A DNA stretch of 64,000 nt from contig CM052817.1 of NCBI GenBank assembly GCA_028534125.1, positions 18,788,001-18,852,000 of the forward strand, given 5' to 3'. How positions within the stretch are numbered: the first letter of the stretch is position 1; every line of letters starts with the position of its first letter. The stretch comes from Lama glama. Taxonomy: Eukaryota. This document shows, in pieces, positions 12,293-24,830 of the stretch. Position numbers and translations under genes: made by a program. The notes beneath the pieces were generated by a model. It saw nothing but the letters and a program-made list of their open reading frames with translations. It ran no database searches and was not told where the DNA came from.

Positions 12293-14762
12293 ATGTTTTT
12301 CTCCATACTTTTGTAATGGCTTACTATGTGAATTGACTAACCAAGCAAAATAAAGGAGGAGTTATGGAGTGCTTACTCCAAACACCCATCCCTATTTTTT
12401 TTTAGACTTGTCGAAACACCAATTCCTGTACTGTGAACTCCTTCTGACCAGGCCCTCAAAGTGACACAATCCATATACATGGATAGCTTGCATGTATGTA
12501 CATTCATACATACACTGAAAAAGAAGATTTTTTAAATTTAATACACAATTGTTTAAATAATGAACTTTGAGATATTTATGAGATGTTTGCTGGTTGGACG
12601 ACGCTTGATGTCATTACTGTTTTAAATACAGACATTAAACAAGCTTATTTTAGGACTCTAGGAAATTGTGTTTACCTCACTGAAGGCATTTAGTGAAACT
12701 TGTAGATCTTATAAAGAAAACCAAAGAACAGGTGACCTGAAGCATAGGAGGCAACATTGAACAAAAGAAGTTAGGGATGGGTATGCCAGCTTCCTTCCAG
12801 ACATGTTGTATGGCTTTCTGGAAAGTGTTTTGACTGTGTACCCACCACCCCCTATTCTCTAGAGATTTTTTTCTATGGAGAAAGATTTTATTTCTAATAT
12901 AAGCTCCAATCTGAGAGCTTCTCTTTATTTCTGAAAGTTTGTGGCACTCTGTTTACGTAAAGATGCTTTAGTGATGTTATAAAATGCTATAGCTTCACAT
13001 TATACTTATCTGTCATTAATCCTTCTTGGGCTGGTGATGGGATAAGATTCTTTCCCTGAGGGTGCAACTTGAAGTTTCTGCAGTGTTCATGTAAAATACG
13101 ATTTGACAAGGAAATGTAGCTTCGAGAATGAAAAATGATGACTATCCTAAAGGTCTCTTTAAGTAAAGAAACTAAAATAAGCATTCCATGTATAGGAAAA
13201 TTAAGTTTTAAGAGGCTCAACTCCCACAACATGAGCTACTTCTTGAGAATATATAAGACACTTTAGAAGCTATATTAATTCTTTCAAGATAGATTATTAT
13301 CTCTTAGCATTAGTGCCCCAAGAGACCACATTTTTTCCTACTTACTTCAAACTAAATATACAGTTAGTGGAATAGTTAGGGGCACAGATCTAAAGGAAAC
13401 CTAGAATGAGATTTTTCCACCATTTATTTTCCTTATTGAATGTAGACACTGAAGTATTTGTGGTTGTTAATTTCACTATCTGTGTGGTTCACTTATAGCA
13501 TTTCTGTGGTTTAATGATACGTAGCAAACTCAACCTTTCAGTAGCGTTTGGTGTACATTTATGAAGCACCTGACTTGATCCTGTTTGTGACACTGAGATG
13601 GCCATGATGAATAAACTGTGACCCTTCGCTTGAAGTATGCAGTCTAGTCGGGCACAATTACATTAACAGGGGATTTTGGAGCAGGGCAGAAAGGCAGTGG
13701 TTGTGCCAGATTAATTTTCCGTATATTTTTCTGAGAAGGCATTACTTCCTCTGCTTTTAAAGGTGGAGGTATGTGCATAGTTTTTAGTACTCTTGCATAG
13801 AGTGAATTGGAATTTCACAAGTCCAGCGACCAAAGGAAAAAGAAACAAATAAACAAACCAAAAACCCGCAGAAAACTCAGATCTAGTACAGAGTAATTAC
13901 CTTAGTATTTATATCTAAACTCATCTCCCTTTGTAGATGCACTTGAGTTGATTGGCACCTGACCTTTTTAAAAATTGTAAAAAACCAAAACAGTATATGA
14001 TGAAATAGTAACAACTTATATTCATTCTTACAGAAAAATATTAATCAGTATGGCTGGCATGACATAAATATCATTAATGAATGATTCTGAAATGGGAAAA
14101 CATAAAGTTTTGGAGCTTCTGTGCTTGTCTAGATGTTTTAAATCTCCGATTTGAACAAATTGTCATTTATATCTTCCCAAGAACACATTACCTCTGCTGC
14201 GTGAAAACCCATATGATCTGCACTGTCAGATTTTATTATTATTGTGACAGATACTTTAGCATATAAATCTTAAACTAATGAAAAAATGTCATCTTCTTTT
14301 TGGAGCTAAGTGTTCAAAGTGCGTCAACTATTCAATTTGATAGACATTTCTTCAGAAAGCTTGGGAGGCATTACATATTAAAAATATGTTGTATGTGAGA
14401 CTTTTTATCATTCACATCCACCTCCACAGTGGCTAAACCACTTTGAGAACTAGACTTCCCCCCTAAAAAAAATCTTTTACCTGTAGGAGTAGAACTCTAG
14501 AAACACAAAATGATTTTTCTGCGACTTTCACAGTATCCCGAAGAATTTTTTTTATTTACTGGTTTAATATCAAAACAGAAGAGTCTTGTACCATCTTTCA
14601 AAGCTGAGGTCATGCCTTATAAATCTCTGATGCCATCACAAACGTGGCATGTGGTCAACTAAACTAAGGAATAACTGTGTCTTTGCTTGGCCCGTCCTTT
14701 TGGGTATTTTTTTTTTAATGATAGTGACAATAATGCATCCTTAGGGCAAGGGAAACCTAGTG

Positions 14763-14928
14763 TAGTGTTTCTCAAAATACCATGTGAATAGGATCTCCCG
14801 AGAGTTTATTAAAATTGCAGATTCTCAGGCCACATCTTTAGTGATTCTGATTAAGAAGGTCTCTAGTGGAGTCTCCAGAAATAATTCTGATGTAGGCAGT
14901 TCAAAGAACACATTGGATAAGGAATGAT
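14763..14928. mobile_element. MER5-like hAT-Charlie MITE
   Basis: agtgtttctcaaa terminus, gcagattctcaggcc, gattctgatt, attctgatgtagg. Confidence 0.7.
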
Positions 14929-16139
14929 GCAGAATGTTCAGATTTACCACTATATGCTTAAAAAGTCTTAGGGATGGCCTGAACTTCTGAAGTTATCTGA
15001 AATTAAATTTGCAACTGATTAAGACAAGAAAAAGTAAGGGAATGCATATTTATTTAGTTAATACCTTCTCCTTCAAAACTTATTATTATTACAATTATTT
15101 CTGAAGGGAAGAGTTGATCAAAGTTAAATGTCCAGAGATCAACAGTATTCACTTTTACTTTTCAAGGTCATTTTCTTAAAAACTGTTCTGCCATACAATA
15201 GAGCAGGACATTAGGGCTTCAGCTCTGCACCATTCCTGCTCCATGTGTCTAAACATATATTACCCTAAAGTTTTATTTCCATGGCCTTTAGTGTCAGTGT
15301 AGGTAGCACTTTTCTCTCTTAAGGTACAGGCTAAACAGTTCTTTGATAATCCAGTAGGCAGTGTAATTTTCACAAAGGTCACAGACCCATTCTCCTGGTC
15401 TTCACTCAGCACACACTCGGCAGGATGAGCATTTGAGTCATTAATCTAAAAGATGAGCCATTTTTGTTGTTTTAGTCATTCCTAGTCATTTTAGTACAAG
15501 CTTCTGATTCTATTCAAATGACTTTAAGGTGAAATATCCTCAAAGATACTCGCCATGGAGGTGGCATCTTTAACCTAAGAAAGCCCTACGTTCAGCAGAA
15601 TTTCACACTGCATTTCAAATAATATTAGTCTATACAGGTTTCCCTCTGAAAAACAGTTCCATGCTTAACTGGGAGACTGCATACCATACTGCTGCTTTTA
15701 AAGATTCACACAAACATTAATCTATTCAAGATCTGGAGTTGCCTTAGGAATAAGAAAGTTCTTGAAAATAGTTTAACTCAGCATTTTCAAAATTAATTTT
15801 AGTCTACAAAGCCCCCTTTTCATCCAATACCCACGATTGCATACAATAATCCATTACGTCGTATAGCTTTCTCCTCTGGCCAGCTTTGCCATATGTTTTG
15901 TTCTGTTGGAATGTGGAGTCACAAGCCTATTCTCCTGGCCTTCACACAGTGAAACTTCAAAGAATGAGCATCTGGACCATATCAATGAAAGAAGACATTT
16001 TCGTTTTTTAAAATTCCTCTAAGCCATGTTAGTACAGTGTAAATATGAGAACGCTGTTTTTGGAGAATTAGTTGTTCACATTCTCTCATCACATTCTTCC
16101 TGTGTAAATTCAGACACTAAATCCAGTTGACTCAATTAA

Positions 16140-17320
16140 ATACTAGAATCTTCCTTTCAAGTTGTGATGCTGCATCTCTGAACCATCACTTCTCATCTAA
16201 AACATCACAGTCTCCTTCTTGGTGGTCCCTGTGTCTGTATTTTGGTTCCATATGAATCTACTTATAGACGCTATTAATAGTGTCATATCCCTCTTTAAAT
16301 ATATTTAATGTCTCCTCCTTGCATAAAGAATAAAATTCTAATTTCTTGGAATTTTTCTTAAAAGTCCTCGTGACATCATCCCAGCTACCTTTCCTAACTG
16401 TACTGCCTTTCACATGTCTACATTCGTACTTTCTTGCATCTAAAATGTCAGAGGTTCAGATATTCACCCCCTAAGTGGGCACCTGCAGGCACGTTATTCC
16501 AGGTGTCTCTTTTTTAACGGGAACTGGAGCTTTTTATCCTACCCTGTTCACCTGGTTGCACCCATGGAACTAAAGAGACCATCTTTCTTCAGTGTTTCTT
16601 TAATATTTTAGAAAACTTGCTTGGATTATGGATGAGACCTTAAGCAAAATGGACCAATGAGTATTTTCCCCGGGGAATCTGGAATTGAGGCTAAGAGACT
16701 AGTCCCAGTTCGGGCAATCTTTTAATGAAAGAGAAATAAATCCCAGAGTTCTGGAAAGCCATGTAGACAGGAAAACAAGGGAAGCCAGTCTTCAGGAAAG
16801 CACACAGTGAAGCAGGCACACAGGAAAAAACAGAAATATGAGGCAGAACAGCAAACCTTACAGTATTTAGCAACCTGATTCCAGTTTGTTCCTGAAATCT
16901 TACATCCTATAACTGTGACTTCAAAATGTGATGTCTGTTCTGTAAGCAAGCTGGTATCAGTCTCAATACCTCTGCAACCAATAGATGAAGGAGTACTATA
17001 AAATGAAAACCCACACACATCCACATATCCCACATTACTTCTCCTGTGCTGAGAATGTTTACCTCTCTGTACTTCTGCTTGTCAAAATCCGACCCATCAC
17101 TTAAAACCTACCTCTTGCTTAAAGCCCACTGTAACCTGCCATGCACGGACACTCACTCTATGTCCATGACATCCAAAATATTTTTATAATACATATCACT
17201 GCATTATATATATTTGAGTGTAAGACTATGTCAAAGTTACCTTGTATAACCTAATGCTTATACCTAACAGCTTGTTTTAAACAGAGGAGGCATTAATAAT
17301 ATTTTTGAATTGAGTTGAAG
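16140..17320 (+). mobile_element. L2 fragments interrupted by an MLT1-like LTR (~16480-16990)
   Basis: L2-like tcttggtggtccctg...aagaataaaattcta, ending atttttgaattgagttgaa; the middle section has MaLR-like cctgattccagtttgttcctgaa. Confidence 0.5.
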
Positions 17321-19739
17321 AAGAAGTAAGACTCTATAAATTCACCTATTTCCTCTATAGATATAAACCTTTTGATAGAAAATGCTAGCTCAGAATAAAC
17401 TTCATATCAGCCGTGATGATCATTTCCTGGAGAGTACACTTGTTTTCCTATTGTCATCTCAGTGAATGCCTCGGTCCCAGAGATGATGAAGCTCTGATTG
17501 TCTATTTGTAACTCCCTAGGAAGGGGGAGAAATCACATCCAGATTGTTGGTATAAATATGAGAAATAGCAGAGGCAGGTTTTTGCAAGGATCCCAGAGAA
17601 CAGTGAGGGAGGGTGTCTGACGGCTGAATAGAGTTCCCAGCTGTGTTTGAAATACACTTCCAATGCATAAGCGATAAATTGCTTTTGTATAACACCTTTA
17701 AAATGTATGCATAATGCAAAAGGGTAAAATCCAGTAGACACTGCACGTTGATAGATGAATAATTGTTAAATATGCTTTCAAAACCTAAAGGTCACTTGAA
17801 ATTATCATAAATGGTATTTAACATCTGAATTGACTTTTGACAGTTTAAGCAACACATGAACCAAAAATGTGACTCATTTGAAGAAATAAAATTATTTACA
17901 CAGCACCTAATATAGAGACACAGCTTCTCACCTCCTCCCCTACAACAGTGCTTGCTGGGTTAGGGACCAAAGTCCACTCCAAGAGGGTAAGTCTTGATAA
18001 GAGGGAAAGACCTGAGCTGGAAGGATAGACAAAATTTGTTTTCTGCAGTGGATTTTATCAAGAATCCAATTAGCCAATATTCGTGTTTTATAGCAGGCAT
18101 AATTCTAAGGAAGCGGAAGGGAGGGCAAGGCCGGGTAAGAAATGGGAAAGACAAACCGTTTTTGACCATCTAGTGGGTGCCAAGCAATGCATTCATTGCT
18201 TTACTAGTGTCTCATTTCGTATTTTCAATGTAATCCTTCTGAAGTGTATCTGAAATTGAATTTCCACTTGGAACCTATGTAGGCTTTCATTATATTTGAG
18301 ATACTGATATTGACCATCTGATAAATTAAGTGGTTTGGCTCCATCTTGCCCCACTGTTAGCAGTGGCTCCAAGATTTATAAAGTCCATGTCCTCTGAAGT
18401 AAGCAGCCCTGTGCCTGAATCCTGTTTCCCTGACTTTTACTTTGTTTATCAGCCTCCACGACCTTGAGTGCCCCTGTTACGTGCGGCAGTCACGTTTGGG
18501 CTGGAGTCCTGCTTTCTCTAACTGGAAAAGGAGGCAGAGGGTCCTCTCCCACCTGTGCCTAAGATACGAAGCAAACAACGGCATGGCATCCATGCCTATT
18601 TATATGATTCCAGTCTGGAAATCCTTTAACAACCTGCAGCACGGTGGCCATGTTATTGCGCGATACAACGCAAGGTTATGGTAGTAGAGCGCCTGTGAAG
18701 GAGGAAGGAGCTGGAGCCGCTTTACGCAAAGGGGCCAGACCGCTGCCGACCACACTCCCTGACTTCCCAGGATGCTGCTCGACGACAGACCAGAAATCTC
18801 TTCACTGTTAGCCGGCGTAGGCCAAGAGAAACAACAGCAGGTGAGTCTTAAAAGGTAAGGCATTTCAACAGGTCTCCGAAAACAAGGAGTAGAGGAGTGA
18901 GGAAGCAGACTGAGAAAAGCGTAGGTACGTCACAGAGGCAGAGCAGACAGCACTCATGTTCCTGGAATCTGCTGTTCACAGAGGCTGCCCCTCAGAAAGC
19001 CTCAGAGCCGAAGATCTTAGGTCAAAGAGAGCACAGTAGTGGAACAGGGGACTGAGAATAATGGAAAAGGTACACACAGTGCTGATACCCCAGCACACAG
19101 TCACAACGACATCCTTCCCGTCACACCCCTTTCAACACACAGCGGCCAGCATCTGCCAGATTAAATAAATAAACAAATAAGACAGTGGGGACTCCCTTTC
19201 TTGGCAACATGGTTGTCTAAGCATACAGCGTTTCTCAGAGCAACACACCTAAAAATATTAGATGAAACCTGCTTACAAAAGGCTTTTAATAAGAAGAGCT
19301 GAGATGGCAAAAGTAGTAAGGAAACTCTTCTGTGCCGAGTGGAGGAGGGTAATAACGCCAAGAGAGAAGCAGGTTCTGAATCTGGCCTCTGTCCTGAGAG
19401 TATCCGCTGTTCCGTGCTGTTCCAGTGGCCCACGCTTGGGGTGCCAGAAACAAGGCCCTGAAGGAGGCAGTACTAGAGATCCCACGTGTTGCCAGGAATC
19501 ACAGAGGACTAGCTAGCCGTGGGTGAATTAGGAGAGAAACCCCCACTTACTGAGGAACACCGAGGAATTGTGCTCACTCCAGAGCTCTTTGGATGAGGTA
19601 AAATAGGACACCTTGAAAACATAAAGCAAGCCAGTCTTCGCAGAAGTTTGACACACTCTGTGTAGTCTGAAACTCTTAAGACAGGAATGTTATTGAGAGT
19701 GACTACCCAGTGGTTGCTCTGTCCACAGCTGTCTGGCAG

Positions 19740-20090
19740 AGCAATAAAAGAAAATGACCTACAGTTATATATTTCATATAAAAAAGTATGTTGTATGAAA
19801 AATAACTGTCACAAAGGAATATTTATGTCTCCACTTATGTGAAACTTACAAACATGTAACACACACATAATATAAATAGAAATGTATACACACACGCAGA
19901 GAGAGGGACAGACAGACAGAATGACTTTTGGTACCATCTGGAGAGCAGCATGGGTTGCGATGCCATTATCAAGGTTACTAGAAGCTTCAAACCTACTTAA
20001 ACATCTTATTTTTTAAATCAGGTTGGTGCTGACATAGACGTTCTTTTTATTATATTGTTTTGTATATTGAATATGCTGTAAGTAATTAAA
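19740..20090 (+). mobile_element. L1ME-like 3' fragment
   Basis: aaagaaaatgacctacagttatat...tccacttatgtgaaac...cttattttttaaatcaggttggtg. Confidence 0.5.
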
Positions 20091-20199
20091 ACTAATCACC
20101 CAAGAGTTAAGGACATTTAAAAAATGCCTTTAAATAGGTAAAAAATAAAAGTAGCCTTTGTAGCTACTTGCCATTAAATTGGGCCTGCCAGTCAAATAC

Positions 20200-22000
20200 G
20201 CTCCCCCACATACACAGAGCCTCCCTGCTCAGCATGCCTCTTGTCTTATCTGTAATCATGATCAAACTACAAAGGTTGTCCAGGTAACTGACAAAAGGCT
20301 GCACCTGAAGAAAGGTGGACAAGAAAAGCAAAGAGAAAAACTGACCCCAGGAGCAGGTGAAAGAGGTAATTAAAGTTAATCAAAATAAAACAATTTTACA
20401 CTAGACTCTATGAATACCTTCAAAAATTTTAATGATAAAAATCATCTATAAAATGAGGTTGCCCTGAAAAAAATCAGACCACATTGCAAATTAACAAGAT
20501 AGTTGTTGAAATTAAATAAATGTGATATATTAATAGATATGCACAAATTTGAGATTATCTCTTGGAAATTAAAACATACAACAAGAAAAAAATATAAAAG
20601 TTAAAAGACAACAAAGATCAATTCAGATCCATCATTTTATTAACATTAATTAACCAGAGAAAAATGAAGAGTAGGAAGGACCAAAGGGAATTATCACAAA
20701 AACAAAAACAGAAGTTCTCAGAACTGAAGACGGATATGATCTTCAAGTAGGAAAGAACTATTCAGGATTTTAAAAAGTCAAAACAAAAGAATGGTCAATA
20801 AGAACCACACCTGTATGTAGCATTTTGAAATTTCATAACAACATAAATAAAGAAATTACCAGAAAGTGTAACAGAAAAGAACAAACCTGACTCCACATTG
20901 GCTCAATGCCTGTAGCTCTAATTGTACCTTGTTGCCTGTGCTTAGACACGCTGGGTCTGCACCTTTGTGAAAGAATGTTTCCTACAGCCTGAAATATACA
21001 TGATAGATCAAGGTCATTCACACAGAGATAAAAAGTCACAGAACAGAGAATGACATTTGTCTTGTTGGAGGTTTACAGGAACATCATGACCAGACCTACA
21101 CGGACAGTTTCAAGAACAAAAGATTCCTGCACCAAGATTTTTGCAACAACCAGCAACAACCTACCCCCTTTTAGTATAAAAGCAGCCTGAAATATAACTT
21201 GGGGAAGATGGTTTTTTGGGACACTGGTCCCCCATCTTCTTGGCCTGCTGGCTTTCCGAAGAAAGTCACTATTCCTTGCCCCAACACTGTCTCTCAGTTT
21301 ATTGGCCTGTTGTGTGACAAGCAGTACAAGCTTGGCCTCAGTAACAAAAGCACTAGGACAGGAAACATAAACTTGCCTAAAAAAAGGAAAAGAACATCAG
21401 ACTGGAATCAGAATTTCTTAAACCAAACTAAAAGTAAGGAAACAACACCTTTAGTGTTCTCAGATGAAAGGGTTTTTAACTTAGAATTCCACACCAGTTC
21501 AATGGAATACTATTCAGCCAGCGTATTGCCTTTATATTCTTTCTTAGGGAATTATATGAGGGTGTGCTCCAGAGAAAACAGGGAGGAAATCAGGAAACAG
21601 AAAGATGTGGGATCTAAACAGCAATGAAGCACACTCAGGAGATTAACGAGTTGAAGTCCTGGGAAAACAGGTGTGAATCTGACCTGGAGCATGATCAGCA
21701 TAAATGAAAGGTGAAAGCAGGGAGACATGAATTTTTTGCAGCCAGTTGTGTGGCAAATTCAAAGGAGATTCTACAGTTTTGGAAGTGTCCATAAATACAC
21801 GACAAAGGTAAAGAGTGCAAGGAAATTTTACAGTGGAAGAAAAATAGAGCCCACAGGTAAATAAATGTATTCATGATACAACACTTGGTTTTGTAGTAAA
21901 CATCTTAATAAAATCCTAATTGTGTAAACATAATTTACAAGTTTTCAATGTAAACTACAGAACAGAAGATAAATATTATTGACTTGGTGCTATAAAATAA
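20200..22000 (+). mobile_element. HAL1 / old L1 ORF1-like remnant, interrupted by a solo LTR
   Basis: A-rich ORF1-like sequence (ttctcagaactgaagac...accacacct...tgaaatttca; catcagactggaatcagaatttct; aacttagaattc) followed by HAL1-like ttcttagggaattatatgagggtgtgctcca. Confidence 0.6.
20867..21346 (+). mobile_element. ERV1-class solo LTR (MER41-like artiodactyl family), copy 1
   Basis: TGTAAC...GTAACA termini; 4-bp TSD AAAG (20863-20866 and 21347-21350); TATAAAA at ~21175; colinear with 47787-48306. Confidence 0.9.
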
Positions 22001-22354
22001 ACTGGCTTGTAATGGGAATCAGTTTTCTACCAATGTTAGTCTCACGGATTTCGCTGCACATCATTGATTTTGCCTCCCACCGCTGCGTGAGGTTTAAACT
22101 TAAAGGAAGGGAGTCTTACTGAGTTAGGACAGCAAGCTTGGCTAACAAGAATGAACGCTTCTTCCATAAGGTGTAGAAGGTATCAGTGGCCCTAATGTGT
22201 GTCATATTGTCATACTGTCATATTGGCAAGAAAGCAGCTATGACTTGGGAAAGTCAAAGGAGAGTTCCTACCTCTCTTTGGTCATGGAGAGTTAATATGT
22301 TAGAGGAAGCAAAAATTGAGACCCAAAGAGGAAGGAGGGAGAATCAAATATTCA

Positions 22355-22490
22355 CATTTATTCATTCATCATCCATTTAACACACACTGATTGAATGCAT
22401 ACTATGTTTTAGGCAGGGTTCCATGTGCTGAGGTACAAGCACTAAATTCAATGGACAGAAATCTCTCCTCTCGAGTTTAATTCTAGAAAG
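22355..22490 (-). mobile_element. L2 3' end
   Basis: ttcattcatcatccatttaac...gattgaatgcatactatgttttaggc. Confidence 0.65.
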
Positions 22491-22779
22491 AGTCAACACC
22501 ACTTTTACTCTGCACAAGGCAATATTCAAAGCACTTTAAATGTGCCAGTTTGTTTGATACTGGCTCTCTAGGATAGAAGCAGGCTTTAGTGAGGTGAGTA
22601 TTAGATATATTGAAGGTAATACTGAAGGCAAGGTCTCTCTCCATCCCCAATTTGTCAGACTTTTGAAAAGTACAAGAAAAGAATACCTGTAAAGACAGTG
22701 GGTTTAGAAGGCTATTGCTATGTATCATTAACACCTGGATAAATATGACAAAAGATCTCAAGGATTAATGAACAATTAA

Positions 22780-23860
22780 AAATTGAGTGTGGATGCCAGA
22801 GGGCCTCTCTGTTTACAGAGACAAAAGCAATTCTCACCTCCTACAAGGGGGAGCAGAGAAACATGAGGACCAGGCCCAGAACTTAACAGTTAGGAGTGGC
22901 GGTATTCTAGAGCAAATGCCCAAGCAAGGATGTCTGTTAGGCCAAGTTTAGAGACCTAACTTAAAAAACAATCAGGGGCTTGACAATCATTCAACATTTT
23001 AGGGTCCTGTTAATAAGAGGTATAACAGGACACTGTCTTCAAAGCAAAAGATGAAATATTGCATCTTGCAGGTTCTGAGTGACTAATGTTTAGTGATATT
23101 CTGGAGATGGTATTTTCCAGCTGGAAAATTGATCTGACCCACATAGTGGGGGGACATGAAAATCCGCCACGTTTGAATGAGGCACAGAGCAGGACAAGGC
23201 TCTGAAGCGTTCCCAGGCTGTGATGCAAGCAGCCCGACACTTGGGCCACACAATCTGGAATACTGTCTGGTTTTAGAAGTATCAGTGGATGAAAAAACGT
23301 CACGTGGAGCTTATAGTAAGCCTCGGTGGGAGGATCGCAATGGTCAAGTTCTGGAGCAAGGCCAGGCCACCTGCAGCAAAAGTGATACGCCTTTTGTAAA
23401 ATTGCTCCTAGAATGCTACTGGGCCCTGGGAGGGGCAGAATGCTTGACCATGCAAAACCAAATGACTGTACATCTGGAACTTCCCATTGTGATTTGGGTT
23501 CTGTCAGATCCAGAAAGATCAGGTGGGCTCGGCAGCAACTCAACATACGATGGAAGAGGAGTATCAGAACTGATCAAACAGCAGGTGCAAGGGGACACCA
23601 AAGGACAGGTCTGCCTCTCCTCAGCTCATACCTACGTGCATTTGGAGAAATCCCTTAGGATCAGCTGGAGGATGAGAAAGACGCCAGAGCATAGTTTACA
23701 CATGTATCAACTTGGTAGATTTTGGTGGCAGCCAAAAACAGATGGTGGCTGCAGTACATGCTCACACACTTGGAAAACAATAGAAAAAGAAAATCCTCTC
23801 AACCTGGCCAGCCACTTTGTGTGGACGGAGAAGTGGCCCTCCAACTCTGGAGTCATAAAT
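22780..23860 (+). mobile_element. ERV-L internal pol remnant (RT connection/RNase H region), frameshifted and deleted
   Basis: Translated pieces LGPHNLEYCLVLEVSV, TPFVKLLLECYWALGGAECLTMQNQMTVHLELPIVIWVLSDP, RWARQQLNIRWK and HFVWTEKWP match ERV-L Pol motifs as I recall them (LGPYDPADPMVLEVSV; PFEKQLLACYWALVETERLTMGHQVTMRPELPIMNWVLSDP; HFAWKEKWP), spread over different frames. Confidence 0.88.
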
Positions 23861-24059
23861 TGGTGTCAAGCGAATATGAAGATACGCGTGTAACTGAGAA
23901 AACTAAAAAAGAAGTAAGATTGCTTCCTGAGGTTACAAACTGGCCCATATCAAGAGACAGTGATAAATTATTATCTCTGAAAATCATTATTACTTATTTT
24001 ACTACTTGCCTGCATTAAGCTGATATATACACACACACACGCACACACACACACGCATA

Positions 24060-24830
24060 GCTCTTGTCAATCACCTTGATATTTACCTTACCTTCCGCAT
24101 GCCTTTCTTATTTCCCCAATGTATCACAAATTCTCCTTTCATTCTTACTCCACAATATTGCACACAGCTGCAACAGCTTTCTAAATAGTTCCCCTGTATA
24201 AACGACTGTCTCCTTCCTTTCAGCGCTCTGCATACCCAGTCTCTTAGCTAGAGTAATTTTCCAAAACTATTTTTGATCGCAGTGCTTCTTTGTTTTACTA
24301 CCTCCAGAGCTTTCTCTTACAGATAACGTCACACACATAATACATGGTCCACACTCTGCTCCTTTTTCAACCTCTCAGCCTTAGCTCCCAGTCGTCAGAT
24401 TGATCTCTCCAGTCATTCTGAACTGCTTTTAATTCTTGGAATGCGTCACTTGACTTGCACCTCTCTGCCCTTGAATATGCCATTTCTTCAGACTGGAATA
24501 TGTTCTTCATTCCCTCTGCTTCCATTTAGTTAGGTCCTCAATTAAAAATGACCTTAATCCAGGACCTTCTTTGTTCTGCAGGACTAGGTTGAAATGCCCT
24601 GCCATAGGTTCTTGAGCATCATCCCAATGAGTGACATGTCATTCCCTTTAATTACTTGTTCAATACATATCTTACTTCCTAACAGTAAGCTTCCTGAGGA
24701 CAGAAACAACTGTGTCCATATGTATGTATTATTTATTCTTATATATATATTACATATGTTTATGTATATACATATATGTTCATATATATTTACTTTTCAT
24801 GTGCTCAGGTGCTTAGAATAAATAAGAGTT
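24060..24830 (+). mobile_element. L2 3' region
   Basis: agctagagtaattttccaaaac, cttgcacctctctgcccttgaatatgcc, gtaagcttcctgaggacagaaac. Confidence 0.7.

Noticed and set aside
21199..21627. 142-aa ORF
   Set aside because: Non-ATG start, and it spans an LTR/HAL1 junction; chance read-through.
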